A DNA stretch of 64,000 bases. It comes from a virus. Positions within the stretch are counted from its first letter, which is position 1. Every line of letters begins with the position of its first letter. The stretch lies in IMG/VR virus record IMGVR_UViG_3300031344_000086, positions 4,671 through 68,670 of that record. One strand, given 5' to 3'. Below, in pieces: positions 1 to 9,151 of the stretch. Below the pieces are notes generated by a model that saw nothing but the letters and a program-made list of their open reading frames with translations, made no database searches and had not been told where the DNA came from. A program made the translations under genes and the position numbers.

Positions 1-76
1 AAATGGATTGTAAATTGATCGAATGTGGGTATGTGTTATTAACGCAGGAACAATGCGAGAAATATATGTTATTGAT

Positions 77-1852
77 ATGAAAACATTAGTAATAGTTGAG
101 TCGCCAAACAAAATAAAGAAGATATCAGAATGTCTTGGAGATGATTATATAGTTGTTGCAAGCGTGGGTCATGTGAAAGACTTAGCCAAAGGTGGTAAAA
201 ACGGTATCGGCATCGATATACAAGACAATTTTAAACCACATTATATTCTACTCAAAGATAAATTAGAAGCAATAGATAAAATAATTGATGCATCAGTAAA
301 TGTTGATGAAATATTGCTCGCAACAGATCAAGATCGTGAAGGAGAGCGTATTAGTTTTGATTTAGCACAGATACTCAAATCGACAAAGAAACCAATGTTT
401 CGAGTTATATTTAGTGAGATAACTAAATCTGGTATTAAGACTGGTATTGAAAATAAGCACGATATAGATATGAATGCGGTTCATTCTCAGGAAGGACGAA
501 GACTACTGGATCGAATAGTCGGATTTACAGTTTCACCGTATCTAATAACTGCATATGGTAATAATCTTTCGGCTGGTAGAGTTCAGAGTGTAGCAACAAG
601 ACTTATATCAGATCGAGAAGCCGAGATCGAAATATTTAAGCCAGAGGAATATTGGACTTGTGGTGTTAAATTACAAACACAATCACGAGAAGTATTTTCA
701 TCAAAATATGATGGTAAAATTAAAAATAAAGAACAATCAGATAAATTAGTTTCTTTTATACGAGAAAACAAACACTTCGTTGTTGCAAAGGTTGTTTCCA
801 AACAAGTTAAAGAAAGATCGCCGGCACCATTAATAACAGCATCATTACAGCAAGTTATGGCAAAACAATATGGCTTCGAGCCAGATCGAACAATGAAGGC
901 AGCTCAAAACCTATACGAGTCAGGTTATATAACATATTTAAGAACGGATTCGACAGCAATAGCAGAAGAGGCGATAGAACCAGTTAGGAAATGGATCAAA
1001 GATAACGGGTATGATCTTCCCAAAACGAAAAATGTGTATGCTGCAAAAGACACAGCCCAAGGAGCGCACGAATGTATTAGACCTACAAATGTATTTTCTA
1101 ATACAGATGGAGGTTATATAGCCGGTGATGATAAAGAGGTATATGATATAATTTTTAAATACTTCGTTGCAAGTCAAATGACGCCAGCAATATGGAACAC
1201 GTTAAATGTAAAAATCGTAAATAAAAATGACAACAAGGTTGTTTTCAAGTCATCAGGTAAGGCGTTAGCAGATAAAGGATTCTTACAAATATTCGGTGAT
1301 GTTGAAATGGGTAGAATTGAGATACCAAATCTGGTAGAAAAACAAGAGCTATTATTAGATGATAAATCAATAAAAGCAGATCAAAAGTTCACACAACCAC
1401 CACCAAGATATAATGACGCATCATTGTTGAAAGAATTAGAGAATAAACAAATTGGTCGTCCAGCAACATTCGCTGAAATTATAAAGAAAATATCTAATAG
1501 ACATTATGTAGAGAAAACCAATAATACATATAAGCCAACAGAGTTAGGTAAAAGCATAACAAATTGTCTTTCAGGATTATTTACATTTATGGATTATAAT
1601 TTTACTGCTAAAATAGAAGAAGAGTTAGACAAAATAGCACAAGGTAAAATAACTCATACTGAGCTGCTTCATAAGTTTTATGATGTATTTAGTAAAGAAT
1701 TAGCAACAGCATATCATAATAAATTAGGTGATAAAGTTTTGTGTAAAAAATGTAATCAAAATATGGTTGAGCGAGAGGGAAAGTTTGGGAAGTTTAATGT
1801 TTGCACAAATGCTGCGTGCAGAACTATTGAGAATATAAAGATGGTAGCATGA
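77..1852 (+). CDS. topA: DNA topoisomerase I (type IA)
   Basis: TOPRIM start LVIVESPNK, ATDQDREGE, SAGRVQS, catalytic GYITYLRTDS, IGRPAT, C-terminal Zn ribbon. Start placed at MKTLVIVES (77) rather than 23. Confidence 0.95.
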   Translation: MKTLVIVESPNKIKKISECLGDDYIVVASVGHVKDLAKGGKNGIGIDIQDNFKPHYILLKDKLEAIDKIIDASVNVDEILLATDQDREGERISFDLAQILKSTKKPMFRVIFSEITKSGIKTGIENKHDIDMNAVHSQEGRRLLDRIVGFTVSPYLITAYGNNLSAGRVQSVATRLISDREAEIEIFKPEEYWTCGVKLQTQSREVFSSKYDGKIKNKEQSDKLVSFIRENKHFVVAKVVSKQVKERSPAPLITASLQQVMAKQYGFEPDRTMKAAQNLYESGYITYLRTDSTAIAEEAIEPVRKWIKDNGYDLPKTKNVYAAKDTAQGAHECIRPTNVFSNTDGGYIAGDDKEVYDIIFKYFVASQMTPAIWNTLNVKIVNKNDNKVVFKSSGKALADKGFLQIFGDVEMGRIEIPNLVEKQELLLDDKSIKADQKFTQPPPRYNDASLLKELENKQIGRPATFAEIIKKISNRHYVEKTNNTYKPTELGKSITNCLSGLFTFMDYNFTAKIEEELDKIAQGKITHTELLHKFYDVFSKELATAYHNKLGDKVLCKKCNQNMVEREGKFGKFNVCTNAACRTIENIKMVA

Positions 1853-2145
1853 TGAAATGTTTAACACCATACAGAGAAATACATGATCGGTATGGAACAT
1901 CATATTATAGGTATCGTATTGGTCTAAAAGGATCTACTGCACAAATATTTTATAATACTTATACAAATAATAAATGGTATATTGCATATTGTAGAATGGA
2001 TGGATCTACCGAAAACAGTATATTCGGTGGTATAGTTTTTGATACAGCAGAAGAGGCAAAGCAGTATGTAGATCAAAAACTGGTTGAAGAAGGATATATT
2101 TTGCTCACCGAAGAACAATACGAAAAGTTTGCGATTTTAATTTAA
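1849..2145 (+). CDS. hypothetical protein
   Basis: 98-aa ORF coupled to the topA stop (ATGA overlap). Confidence 0.7.
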   Translation: MMKCLTPYREIHDRYGTSYYRYRIGLKGSTAQIFYNTYTNNKWYIAYCRMDGSTENSIFGGIVFDTAEEAKQYVDQKLVEEGYILLTEEQYEKFAILI

Positions 2146-2189
2146 CGTGTTATATAACAACTAAGGAGCACGCACGCGCGTGTATATGA

Positions 2190-2573
2190 ATGAAGAAAAT
2201 AAATAAAAAATACTCAAAAAAAGAAACATCAACATTAAAAAAAGAAACCTCACCAGAAATGGACTGGTCGTATTTTTCTCCGTTGGAGATTAAGATACAT
2301 GGAAATAATTTTGATAGAGCATTTAAATTATTCCGTTCGCTTGTGCAGGCTGACGGCGTGCTCGCAGTCTATAAGGAAAAACAAGGTTATGAGAAACCAA
2401 GCGTAAAAAAACGCCGTAAGCACGCAGAAACCATGCAGCGTTTATATGAAGAAAAAATCAAAGCCGAAAAAATTGCCTCCGGCGAATACGAAAAAGAAAA
2501 GATAAAGAAAGAAGCTAAGAAACAAAAACGTCGTCAAGAACGAGATGCAAAGAGGACAGAAGATGTCGGATAA
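2190..2573 (+). CDS. rpsU: phage-encoded ribosomal protein bS21 with charged extensions
   Basis: Core IKIHGNNFDRAFKLFRSLVQADGVLAVYKEKQGYEKPSVKKRRK matches the bS21 pattern (..ALRRFK....G.......YEKPS..R+RK). Confidence 0.8.
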   Translation: MKKINKKYSKKETSTLKKETSPEMDWSYFSPLEIKIHGNNFDRAFKLFRSLVQADGVLAVYKEKQGYEKPSVKKRRKHAETMQRLYEEKIKAEKIASGEYEKEKIKKEAKKQKRRQERDAKRTEDVG

Positions 2574-3090
2574 CGATAATTTTATACGAAACCCGAATCG
2601 TAAAAATAACCAAGAGCGTCATATTACATATGAGCCAGAACATATTCGTCTTGGAATTAAACCAGTTAAAATGGAAAGAAAAGTTGTTCCGTTCGTAAAA
2701 TCTTCAAAAAATGATACAGATTATGCTTCCATTGATGGAGCTATTTATGATGATAATGGAGATGAAATTAAAGTAGAGCCGGGGCACGTCATAGATAATA
2801 ATGATTATGTTTTCCCACCATCAAAAGCGCCAAACAGACCAGCTCAACAACGAGTGGTAGAAGAACAGCCAGATGTTTTGGATAAACAAAACGGAACGCC
2901 AAAAGTTGGTGAATATATACTTATGGTGGCTGGTAAGATCATTGATACCGGTTCATTAGAATCTATTGAAGCGACAGCAAGAGCAATTTTATATGGTGAA
3001 AACGAAAGTTTTCAAGAAGAAGTTAAAGTTGATGATATAGTAGTATTGAAACGCGTTGGAATTAATGTAGGTATATTTATAGATAGGTAA
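2563..3090 (+). CDS. hypothetical protein
   Basis: ORF in a tightly packed operon; start moved to MSDND, which follows a GAGG. Confidence 0.7.
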   Translation: MSDNDNFIRNPNRKNNQERHITYEPEHIRLGIKPVKMERKVVPFVKSSKNDTDYASIDGAIYDDNGDEIKVEPGHVIDNNDYVFPPSKAPNRPAQQRVVEEQPDVLDKQNGTPKVGEYILMVAGKIIDTGSLESIEATARAILYGENESFQEEVKVDDIVVLKRVGINVGIFIDR

Positions 3091-3093
3091 TAG

Positions 3094-3801
3094 ATGGCTA
3101 ATAATACAGAACAATTTAATCCTGATGGATATGCTCGCGAGCCTGAACCGCGTAAAGCATCAGATATTTTGCTTGCATTGGAAACCAAAGTAGAAACATT
3201 AACAAAGCTTGTATATAATCAAGATATGCTATTGAAACTTATTGCAGATCGAACGAATAAAATATATGCTTACATTGATGAATTACAAAAAGAATACAAG
3301 GAAGCTCAAAATCAAAAATCAGAAGAAGACGAAGAAGACCAAGAAGATTCGAGAGTTATTAATGTATCTAATGAGCATCAGATAACGGAAGTTAAAGAAC
3401 AAATTGGTCAACGTCGTATACAGCCACGAGCCGGTCCAAATGCCCCATCCCCGCCACAGCCGCCTATTTTAGCAGTTCCGAATCAGCAGCCAGCACCCAA
3501 GCCCCAACAGACGACTGGAAGCGATAAAAAGGTTCCGGTAATACAGAGAGTTTCCGATCAAACTGGAAAGGATATTTTTATGTCTGAAATTTTAATATCA
3601 GATGAAAATGGTAATGAAATTCATAAAACAAAAACCAATGCAGTTGGTAAATGGCAAGCTATGTTAAGACCGGGAAAATACATAGTTAAAATATCTAAAA
3701 CAGATACGGCAACGAAAAAAGTTTTACAGTCTACGCAAAATATAACTATTGGTAATTCAAGTTCAACATTGATACTTCCAGTAGTAATAATGAATAGATA
3801 A
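3094..3801 (+). CDS. hypothetical protein: coiled coil, Pro/Gln linker, C-terminal carboxypeptidase-regulatory-like beta-sandwich
   Basis: C-terminal VSDQTGKDI...TKTNAVGKW...LRPGKYIVKIS pattern. Confidence 0.55.
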   Translation: MANNTEQFNPDGYAREPEPRKASDILLALETKVETLTKLVYNQDMLLKLIADRTNKIYAYIDELQKEYKEAQNQKSEEDEEDQEDSRVINVSNEHQITEVKEQIGQRRIQPRAGPNAPSPPQPPILAVPNQQPAPKPQQTTGSDKKVPVIQRVSDQTGKDIFMSEILISDENGNEIHKTKTNAVGKWQAMLRPGKYIVKISKTDTATKKVLQSTQNITIGNSSSTLILPVVIMNR

Positions 3802-3803
3802 TT

Positions 3804-4136
3804 ATGGACGGCTACACCGAAGTAAGTGATGAAATTGTTGAAAAATATCTAAAAATGCAAGAACTTTTTGACCATCAGGTTAATTTAAATAAAGAATTGG
3901 TTGATATATCGAAAGAGTTAAGCGAAATACCGGAGATGCCAGAAAACTTAGATAAATGGATTGACAGCATCCCAAATGAAAAAAGTAAATTTAAGTTGAC
4001 AGATTACAATAGATTGTTTAAAGTTAGTAAGAAGTATAACCAGTTAGCAGAAAAACGTGAAGAAAACGCGCAAAAGATAAAAGTTCTTGTTATAGATAAT
4101 CTAATTGATAGAATAAATGAGATATTAGGAAAGTGA
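3804..4136 (+). CDS. hypothetical protein
   Basis: 110-aa helical ORF, operon-coupled. Confidence 0.65.
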   Translation: MDGYTEVSDEIVEKYLKMQELFDHQVNLNKELVDISKELSEIPEMPENLDKWIDSIPNEKSKFKLTDYNRLFKVSKKYNQLAEKREENAQKIKVLVIDNLIDRINEILGK

Positions 4137-4146
4137 TATATTTTGT

Positions 4147-4815
4147 ATGAAGTTTCAGGTTATTGTTTCAGATCCACCGTGGGGTGGATTTAAAGATAAA
4201 TTAAAAATGTCAGATGTTAAGCGTGGTGCCGAGGCAAATTACAACGGCACAATGTCTATTAAACACATATGTGATCTTCCAGTAAAACAAATCGCTGATC
4301 CGAATGGATGTCTTTTAGCATTGTGGGTTCCAAGTTCCCTACTACAAGATGGTATGGATACCATGAATGCTTGGGGGTTTAAACAGAAACAAACTTATGT
4401 ATGGTGTAAATCAAAAAAGGAAACTTCAATTTATGAGTTGCTTAATAAACAACTATATACGTTTGAGAAATTGCAAGATAAAGTTCAATATATTATAAAA
4501 AACTTATTGTCATTCGGGATGGGCAGATTATTTAGACAATCACACGAGATATGTCTCATTGGAACGAATAATAACGGTATATATGAACAATTAGAAAACC
4601 GATCTCAACGATCAGTTTCTTTTGCTACAAATCTAAAACATTCTCAGAAGCCAGAGGATTTACAAAACTCACTCGACCTAATGTTTCCAAAAGCCAATAA
4701 ATTAGAAATGTTTGCGAGACGTCAGCGAGAAGGTTGGATATGCGTTGGAAATCAAGCACCAGCAACAATGAATGAAGACATAAAGGTATCGTTAGAAAAA
4801 TTAATCAATGGATAA
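4147..4815 (+). CDS. MT-A70 family N6-adenine methyltransferase
   Basis: VIVSDPPW catalytic motif, LALWV, GMGRLFRQSHEICLIG, HSQKPE, KLEMFAR. Confidence 0.88.
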   Translation: MKFQVIVSDPPWGGFKDKLKMSDVKRGAEANYNGTMSIKHICDLPVKQIADPNGCLLALWVPSSLLQDGMDTMNAWGFKQKQTYVWCKSKKETSIYELLNKQLYTFEKLQDKVQYIIKNLLSFGMGRLFRQSHEICLIGTNNNGIYEQLENRSQRSVSFATNLKHSQKPEDLQNSLDLMFPKANKLEMFARRQREGWICVGNQAPATMNEDIKVSLEKLING

Positions 4816-5323
4816 TAAGAAAACATTACTACTAAATTATACTGATGAGATTATTGCGTTCATAAAAGAAAAGAAAGCACTACGATTAGTTTATAAAGGT
4901 AAAGCAGAAGTTATATCAGTATGGGACAATATAAAGTTTCGTGTTAGCAGTGGTGTTATGCATTTACCGGCGGTTATAAAGCTTAAATATTATGTTTTTA
5001 GGAAGTTTTCTAAAAGAGGAATAGTTTTTTCAAGGTTAAATGTATTAAAGAGAGATAAGTATAGTTGTCAGTATTGTGGGAAAGTCTTAAAATCTACACA
5101 AGCAACAATTGATCATGTTTTTCCTAAAACATTAGGCGGTCAATCAACATTCGAGAATTGTGTAGTTGCTTGTAAGAAATGTAATTCAAAAAAGAGCAGT
5201 AAAACATTAGAAGAATCAGGAATGAAATTAATTAGAGAACCAACAGTTCCATTGGAACATATACATTATATGTCCACCGAGGACGGTTGGCATAAGGATT
5301 GGGAAAAATATTTAAAAAAATAA
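4808..5323 (+). CDS. HNH endonuclease
   Basis: RDKYSCQYCG...TIDHVFPK..GG.STFENCVVACKKCN. Confidence 0.9.
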   Translation: MDNKKTLLLNYTDEIIAFIKEKKALRLVYKGKAEVISVWDNIKFRVSSGVMHLPAVIKLKYYVFRKFSKRGIVFSRLNVLKRDKYSCQYCGKVLKSTQATIDHVFPKTLGGQSTFENCVVACKKCNSKKSSKTLEESGMKLIREPTVPLEHIHYMSTEDGWHKDWEKYLKK

Positions 5324-5404
5324 GTAAAAACTTAACTTAATAAATCAATAACTCGTCATCAATATATAAGTTGATGGCAATTAAGCCTTCAAAGGAGGTG
5401 ATAC

Positions 5405-5485
5405 ATGGCTAAAGCAAAAAAGTCTACAAAGACTACAAAGAGTGCAAAAAAGAGTGCTAAAAAAGGTAAAAAATCCTCAAAATAA
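5405..5485 (+). CDS. 26-aa Lys/Ser/Ala-rich basic peptide (MAKAKKSTKTTKSAKKSAKKGKKSSK); not in the ORF track
   Basis: Near-perfect Shine-Dalgarno AAAGGAGGTG at 5391-5400; followed directly by an intrinsic terminator. Confidence 0.75.
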   Translation: MAKAKKSTKTTKSAKKSAKKGKKSSK

Positions 5486-5500
5486 TCACTCGGTAATATG

Positions 5501-5542
5501 AATAGGACACACTACTTAATAGTTTTGTGTCCTATTTTTTTT
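5501..5542 (+). terminator. Rho-independent terminator
   Basis: AATAGGACAC...GTGTCCTATT stem followed by a T run. Confidence 0.8.
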
Positions 5543-5572
5543 ATGTATAAAACAGCATTTATATAGGTATTT

Positions 5573-6364
5573 ATGAAAATGTATAAGGTATGTAGAGGAT
5601 GCGGATTAAATAAAGCAAAAGAAGAATATACACCATCGAAGTTTAAAAAAGGAAGGTGTAAAGATTGTGTTCGTAAACAAAAAGAAAAATGGATAATTGA
5701 AAATAAAGAAAAAATAGCATTATATTGTAGAAATTATAACCAGACTCATAAAGAAGAAATCAGAGAAAGAAAAAGAAAGCATTACCAAGATAACAAAGAA
5801 GAATCAAAGAAAAGAAAATATAAAATTTATAAAGATAATAAAGAGTCTATTTTAGAAAAGGCAAATAGGTATTATGAAGAACACAGGAGTGAAAGAATAG
5901 AGTATCAAATTAATTATATTGCAAATAAAAGAGAAACAGACCCTTCATTTAAATTTATGTTTAATGTATCCGCAATAATAAGATATATGTTAAAAAGTCA
6001 AGGTTCATCAAAACAAGGAAAATCTTGTAAAACCAAACTTCCATTCACAAGCGAAGAGTTATGCGCGCACTTAGAAAATCTTTTTACCCATCCTGATAGT
6101 CTTGGGCCAAATGGAGAAGTATGGATGACAAAAGAAAATCATGGTAATTACATAAAATCAAAATGGAATGATAAAGATCCTGCTACTTGGACTTGGCAAA
6201 TAGATCATATAAAACCTCATTCTGATTACCCGTATGATAGTATGGATCACCCTAATTTTCTAAAAGTATGGGATCTTTCTAACCTTAGACCGTTGTCCTC
6301 AAAGAGAAATCACGATGAAGGGGCTAACAGGACACGACACAAAACACCAAAGAAAAGAAGTTAA
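5573..6364 (+). CDS. free-standing HNH-type homing endonuclease
   Basis: N-terminal CxxC..CxxC, basic helical repeats, C-terminal WQIDHIKP...NLRPL...N; paralog of 14212-15096. Confidence 0.75.
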   Translation: MKMYKVCRGCGLNKAKEEYTPSKFKKGRCKDCVRKQKEKWIIENKEKIALYCRNYNQTHKEEIRERKRKHYQDNKEESKKRKYKIYKDNKESILEKANRYYEEHRSERIEYQINYIANKRETDPSFKFMFNVSAIIRYMLKSQGSSKQGKSCKTKLPFTSEELCAHLENLFTHPDSLGPNGEVWMTKENHGNYIKSKWNDKDPATWTWQIDHIKPHSDYPYDSMDHPNFLKVWDLSNLRPLSSKRNHDEGANRTRHKTPKKRS

Positions 6365-6372
6365 GTAAATAT

Positions 6373-6582
6373 ATGTTGTGTCCAAATTGTAGTAAATTAG
6401 CAATACTAAATACAGAAAGAACTTGTTTGCGTTGCAAGGGAAAAATACTTAATAATCTTTCTTGTATATGTGATCGATGTAGTACGGAACAGAATATGTG
6501 TTCTATATGTTTGAAACGTTTAACTAAGCCATTGGATATTAAAACACGCAGAGGCTGCAAGGCTTGCGGGGGCGGAAAATAA
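6373..6582 (+). CDS. small Cys-rich zinc-binding protein
   Basis: Five CxxC pairs in 69 aa. Confidence 0.65.
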   Translation: MLCPNCSKLAILNTERTCLRCKGKILNNLSCICDRCSTEQNMCSICLKRLTKPLDIKTRRGCKACGGGK

Positions 6583-6636
6583 AATTATTTTTCGTCGGTT
6601 GCCTGAATTAAAAAAGTTTCTTAAATTAGATGTAAG

Positions 6637-7170
6637 ATGATAATAACAGATGAAAAGATTTTACGACAATCATGTTCAAATGCTTCCGAAAACGAAGTGG
6701 GAGCCATTGTAGAGCAATTGGAGCGTGAATTAGAATATAGTGAGCGTATGGGAAGACCCGGTATTGGGCTATCCGCAATACAATGTAATATACATAAAAA
6801 TGTTGCTATCATTCGTATAGATGATAATCATAAAGTTAATTTAGTAAATTGTAAAATACAAAATAAATATGATCAATTCAAGTTTCTTGGAGAAGGGTGT
6901 TTGAGTTTTCCTAAATTAGTTGGTGATTCGATTCGCTATAATGAAGTGCATATAGTAGATAATTTAGTATATCCTCACGCCATGATATTGACTGGTATTA
7001 TGGCAGTTGTAGCACAGCATGAAATTGATCATTGGAATAATCGTCTTTTACCTGATTTTCTTTTACAAGAAGAAAAAAAGACAAAAGTAAGACCTAATGA
7101 TATATGTCCTTGTGGAAAAGTTGATCCATTAACTGGAAAAATAAAAAAATATAAGAGATGCTGTGGTTAA
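6637..7170 (+). CDS. def: peptide deformylase with C-terminal SEC-C-like metal-binding motif
   Basis: All three PDF motifs (GIGLSAIQ, EGCLS, QHEIDH); tail RPNDICPCG...KKYKRCCG. Confidence 0.92.
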   Translation: MIITDEKILRQSCSNASENEVGAIVEQLERELEYSERMGRPGIGLSAIQCNIHKNVAIIRIDDNHKVNLVNCKIQNKYDQFKFLGEGCLSFPKLVGDSIRYNEVHIVDNLVYPHAMILTGIMAVVAQHEIDHWNNRLLPDFLLQEEKKTKVRPNDICPCGKVDPLTGKIKKYKRCCG

Positions 7171-7221
7171 TGTATAGAGGGAAACTAAGTATCAAAATTT
7201 TAAAAAATAAAGGAAAATAAG

Positions 7222-7410
7222 ATGGATACAGGTAATAAAGAGATGGACTTGTTGGTAGCTGATTTAATTTTACGAGTAAATGCAATTGAGAAAATACTTA
7301 TAAATAAAAAACTATGTACAGCTGATGATTTAGTAAAAGAGATTAAAGAGATATCACAAAGTGTTATTAAATTTTTAGAAGAAAAACAAGTTAAACAAAC
7401 CAAAAACTAA
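7222..7410 (+). CDS. hypothetical protein
   Basis: 62-aa ORF with AAGGA RBS. Confidence 0.6.
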   Translation: MDTGNKEMDLLVADLILRVNAIEKILINKKLCTADDLVKEIKEISQSVIKFLEEKQVKQTKN

Positions 7411-7703
7411 TGCAGTTTTTAACTTCTGAAAATGATTTTAGTACAAATAAAAAAATAGTATTATGTTTTTATTCCTCGGAATTGTGCCATCCGATTGCCA
7501 GTATGTTGTTTTCAGTTGTAGAACAAATATCTAATCATTTAGATACATTATGCATCGATATATGTTATTTTGATAGTATAGGAAAAAGATTCGGAATAAT
7601 GGAGATCCCAACATTATTACTAATAGATAACGGAAAAGAATTAAAAAGAATTAATGGGATGATGGCAAAAACTGATATAGACTTATTATTGCAGGGACAC
7701 TGA
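7410..7703 (+). CDS. thioredoxin-fold protein lacking the canonical CxxC
   Basis: VLCFYS..., FGIMEIPTLLLIDNGKELKRING (cis-Pro motif). Confidence 0.7.
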   Translation: MQFLTSENDFSTNKKIVLCFYSSELCHPIASMLFSVVEQISNHLDTLCIDICYFDSIGKRFGIMEIPTLLLIDNGKELKRINGMMAKTDIDLLLQGH

Positions 7704-7731
7704 ACAAATGACAATAAAACGGAGTAAGAAA

Positions 7732-8037
7732 ATGACAACAGACAAAAAACACACAGTAGTCGTACAACCAAAAGCACCACCAACCGAAGGCGATAAAATC
7801 TGGGATGAGATCAAAGATAAAGAAGTTTTGATGTTCGCAATTCCGAATCAAATCGTATCACAGTATTGTGATCCACTTCCATTAGATCCAACAAAATGTT
7901 TCCTTAAATATAAGGTGTCAGCATTTATTCCAGCATTAGAAGCTGCAATTGGAGCAAATCAAAAAAACTCAAAATATAACCTTGAAGTTCAAAACGATAT
8001 AATCATCATTAGTCGAAATCATGTCCTCGGCAAATAA
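7732..8037 (+). CDS. hypothetical protein
   Basis: ORF with a GGAG RBS before MTTDKK. Confidence 0.65.
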   Translation: MTTDKKHTVVVQPKAPPTEGDKIWDEIKDKEVLMFAIPNQIVSQYCDPLPLDPTKCFLKYKVSAFIPALEAAIGANQKNSKYNLEVQNDIIIISRNHVLGK

Positions 8038-8470
8038 TCCAAAAAGAAAAGGATTGAAGGTTGATAATCAAAACTCATCAATCCCGCAACCAAAACCAAA
8101 TACCACTGCTGCTTTTAATGAGCAAGCAGATAAAGCATTCAATAAAATTGAAGAGTATAAACAGAGAAGTTTTGAGCTTGGTAGTAAATTCAAGGCTATA
8201 ATTGCAGATAAAAGGTTGGCAGCCAATAAAACTCAAATCAATAAAGATATTGAGATGGAGACACTGAGTAATTTAACAATTCTGGCTAATGATATTAATA
8301 GTGATGAAAATCAGCCAGAAGGGGCTGGCGGTGTTGCATTAGCAATGTTGATGATGAAGATACTACTTATTCAACGCGATACTATGAATGAAATTGATTA
8401 TAAGTTAGAACGACTCGAAAAGGCATTAAATGTGTTGGCTCTGGAAGTCAAAACAAATAAAGCAGTGTAA
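8021..8470 (+). CDS. hypothetical protein
   Basis: 149-aa operon-coupled ORF. Confidence 0.65.
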   Translation: MSSANNPKRKGLKVDNQNSSIPQPKPNTTAAFNEQADKAFNKIEEYKQRSFELGSKFKAIIADKRLAANKTQINKDIEMETLSNLTILANDINSDENQPEGAGGVALAMLMMKILLIQRDTMNEIDYKLERLEKALNVLALEVKTNKAV

Positions 8471-8477
8471 TGATCCT

Positions 8478-8642
8478 ATGATCACAAAAGAGAAGTTGCT
8501 TAATCTAATTGTAGAAGAAAAAGAACAATACAGTAATTATATATCATTATGTCAAAGATACAATATAACTCCGAACGAAATAGCAACAGCCCAACACAAA
8601 ACGAAGGTTGGGCTGCTTCAACAGATGATAGAGATGCTATAA
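8478..8642 (+). CDS. small hypothetical protein
   Basis: MITKEKLL... helical ORF; overlaps the 5' end of the next ORF. Confidence 0.45.
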   Translation: MITKEKLLNLIVEEKEQYSNYISLCQRYNITPNEIATAQHKTKVGLLQQMIEML

Positions 8643-9151
8643 AATTACTTATTCAGCGGGCTAATACCGCTGATTTAATGACTATTTTTAAGTCATATGG
8701 TATAAATTTTGATGGCTACGGTGGCAGACTAACTAAAATATGTTGTCCGTTTCCAAATCATAATGATAGAAGTCCATCATTTTTCTACTATGCTGAAACT
8801 AATTCATTTAATTGTTTCGGTTGCGGCGTCGGTGGCAAAGCAGTTCAATTAGTTTCTATAATGGAAGGTGTTAGTCAAGAACAGGCAGCTCAAAAAATAA
8901 TTGATAATTACTATATTGATAATAATGTAGTTATAGATAATAAAGATTATTTTGATCGTCAAACGGCTATTTTAGAGTTTTCATCAAAAATTAGAAATTT
9001 TATAAATGATAATGCTAATGATGATGTAGCAATTGAATATGCAGAAAAATTAACACTTGTATATGATACAATGATGGAAAAGCATACATTAGAAGTAGAT
9101 GGTTTAAAAAAATTAATAGATAAACTTGGAAAGAAGTTAGAAGTTTACTAA
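8549..9151 (+). CDS. stand-alone CHC2 zinc-finger protein (DnaG zinc-binding domain)
   Basis: CPFPNHNDRSPSFFYY....FNCFGCGVGG.AVQLV..MEG.S...AA; no TOPRIM domain follows. Confidence 0.85.
   Translation: MSKIQYNSERNSNSPTQNEGWAASTDDRDAIKLLIQRANTADLMTIFKSYGINFDGYGGRLTKICCPFPNHNDRSPSFFYYAETNSFNCFGCGVGGKAVQLVSIMEGVSQEQAAQKIIDNYYIDNNVVIDNKDYFDRQTAILEFSSKIRNFINDNANDDVAIEYAEKLTLVYDTMMEKHTLEVDGLKKLIDKLGKKLEVY

Noticed and set aside
7410-7703. Active thioredoxin
   Set aside because: The WCxxC site is replaced by SSELCHP, so only the fold is called.
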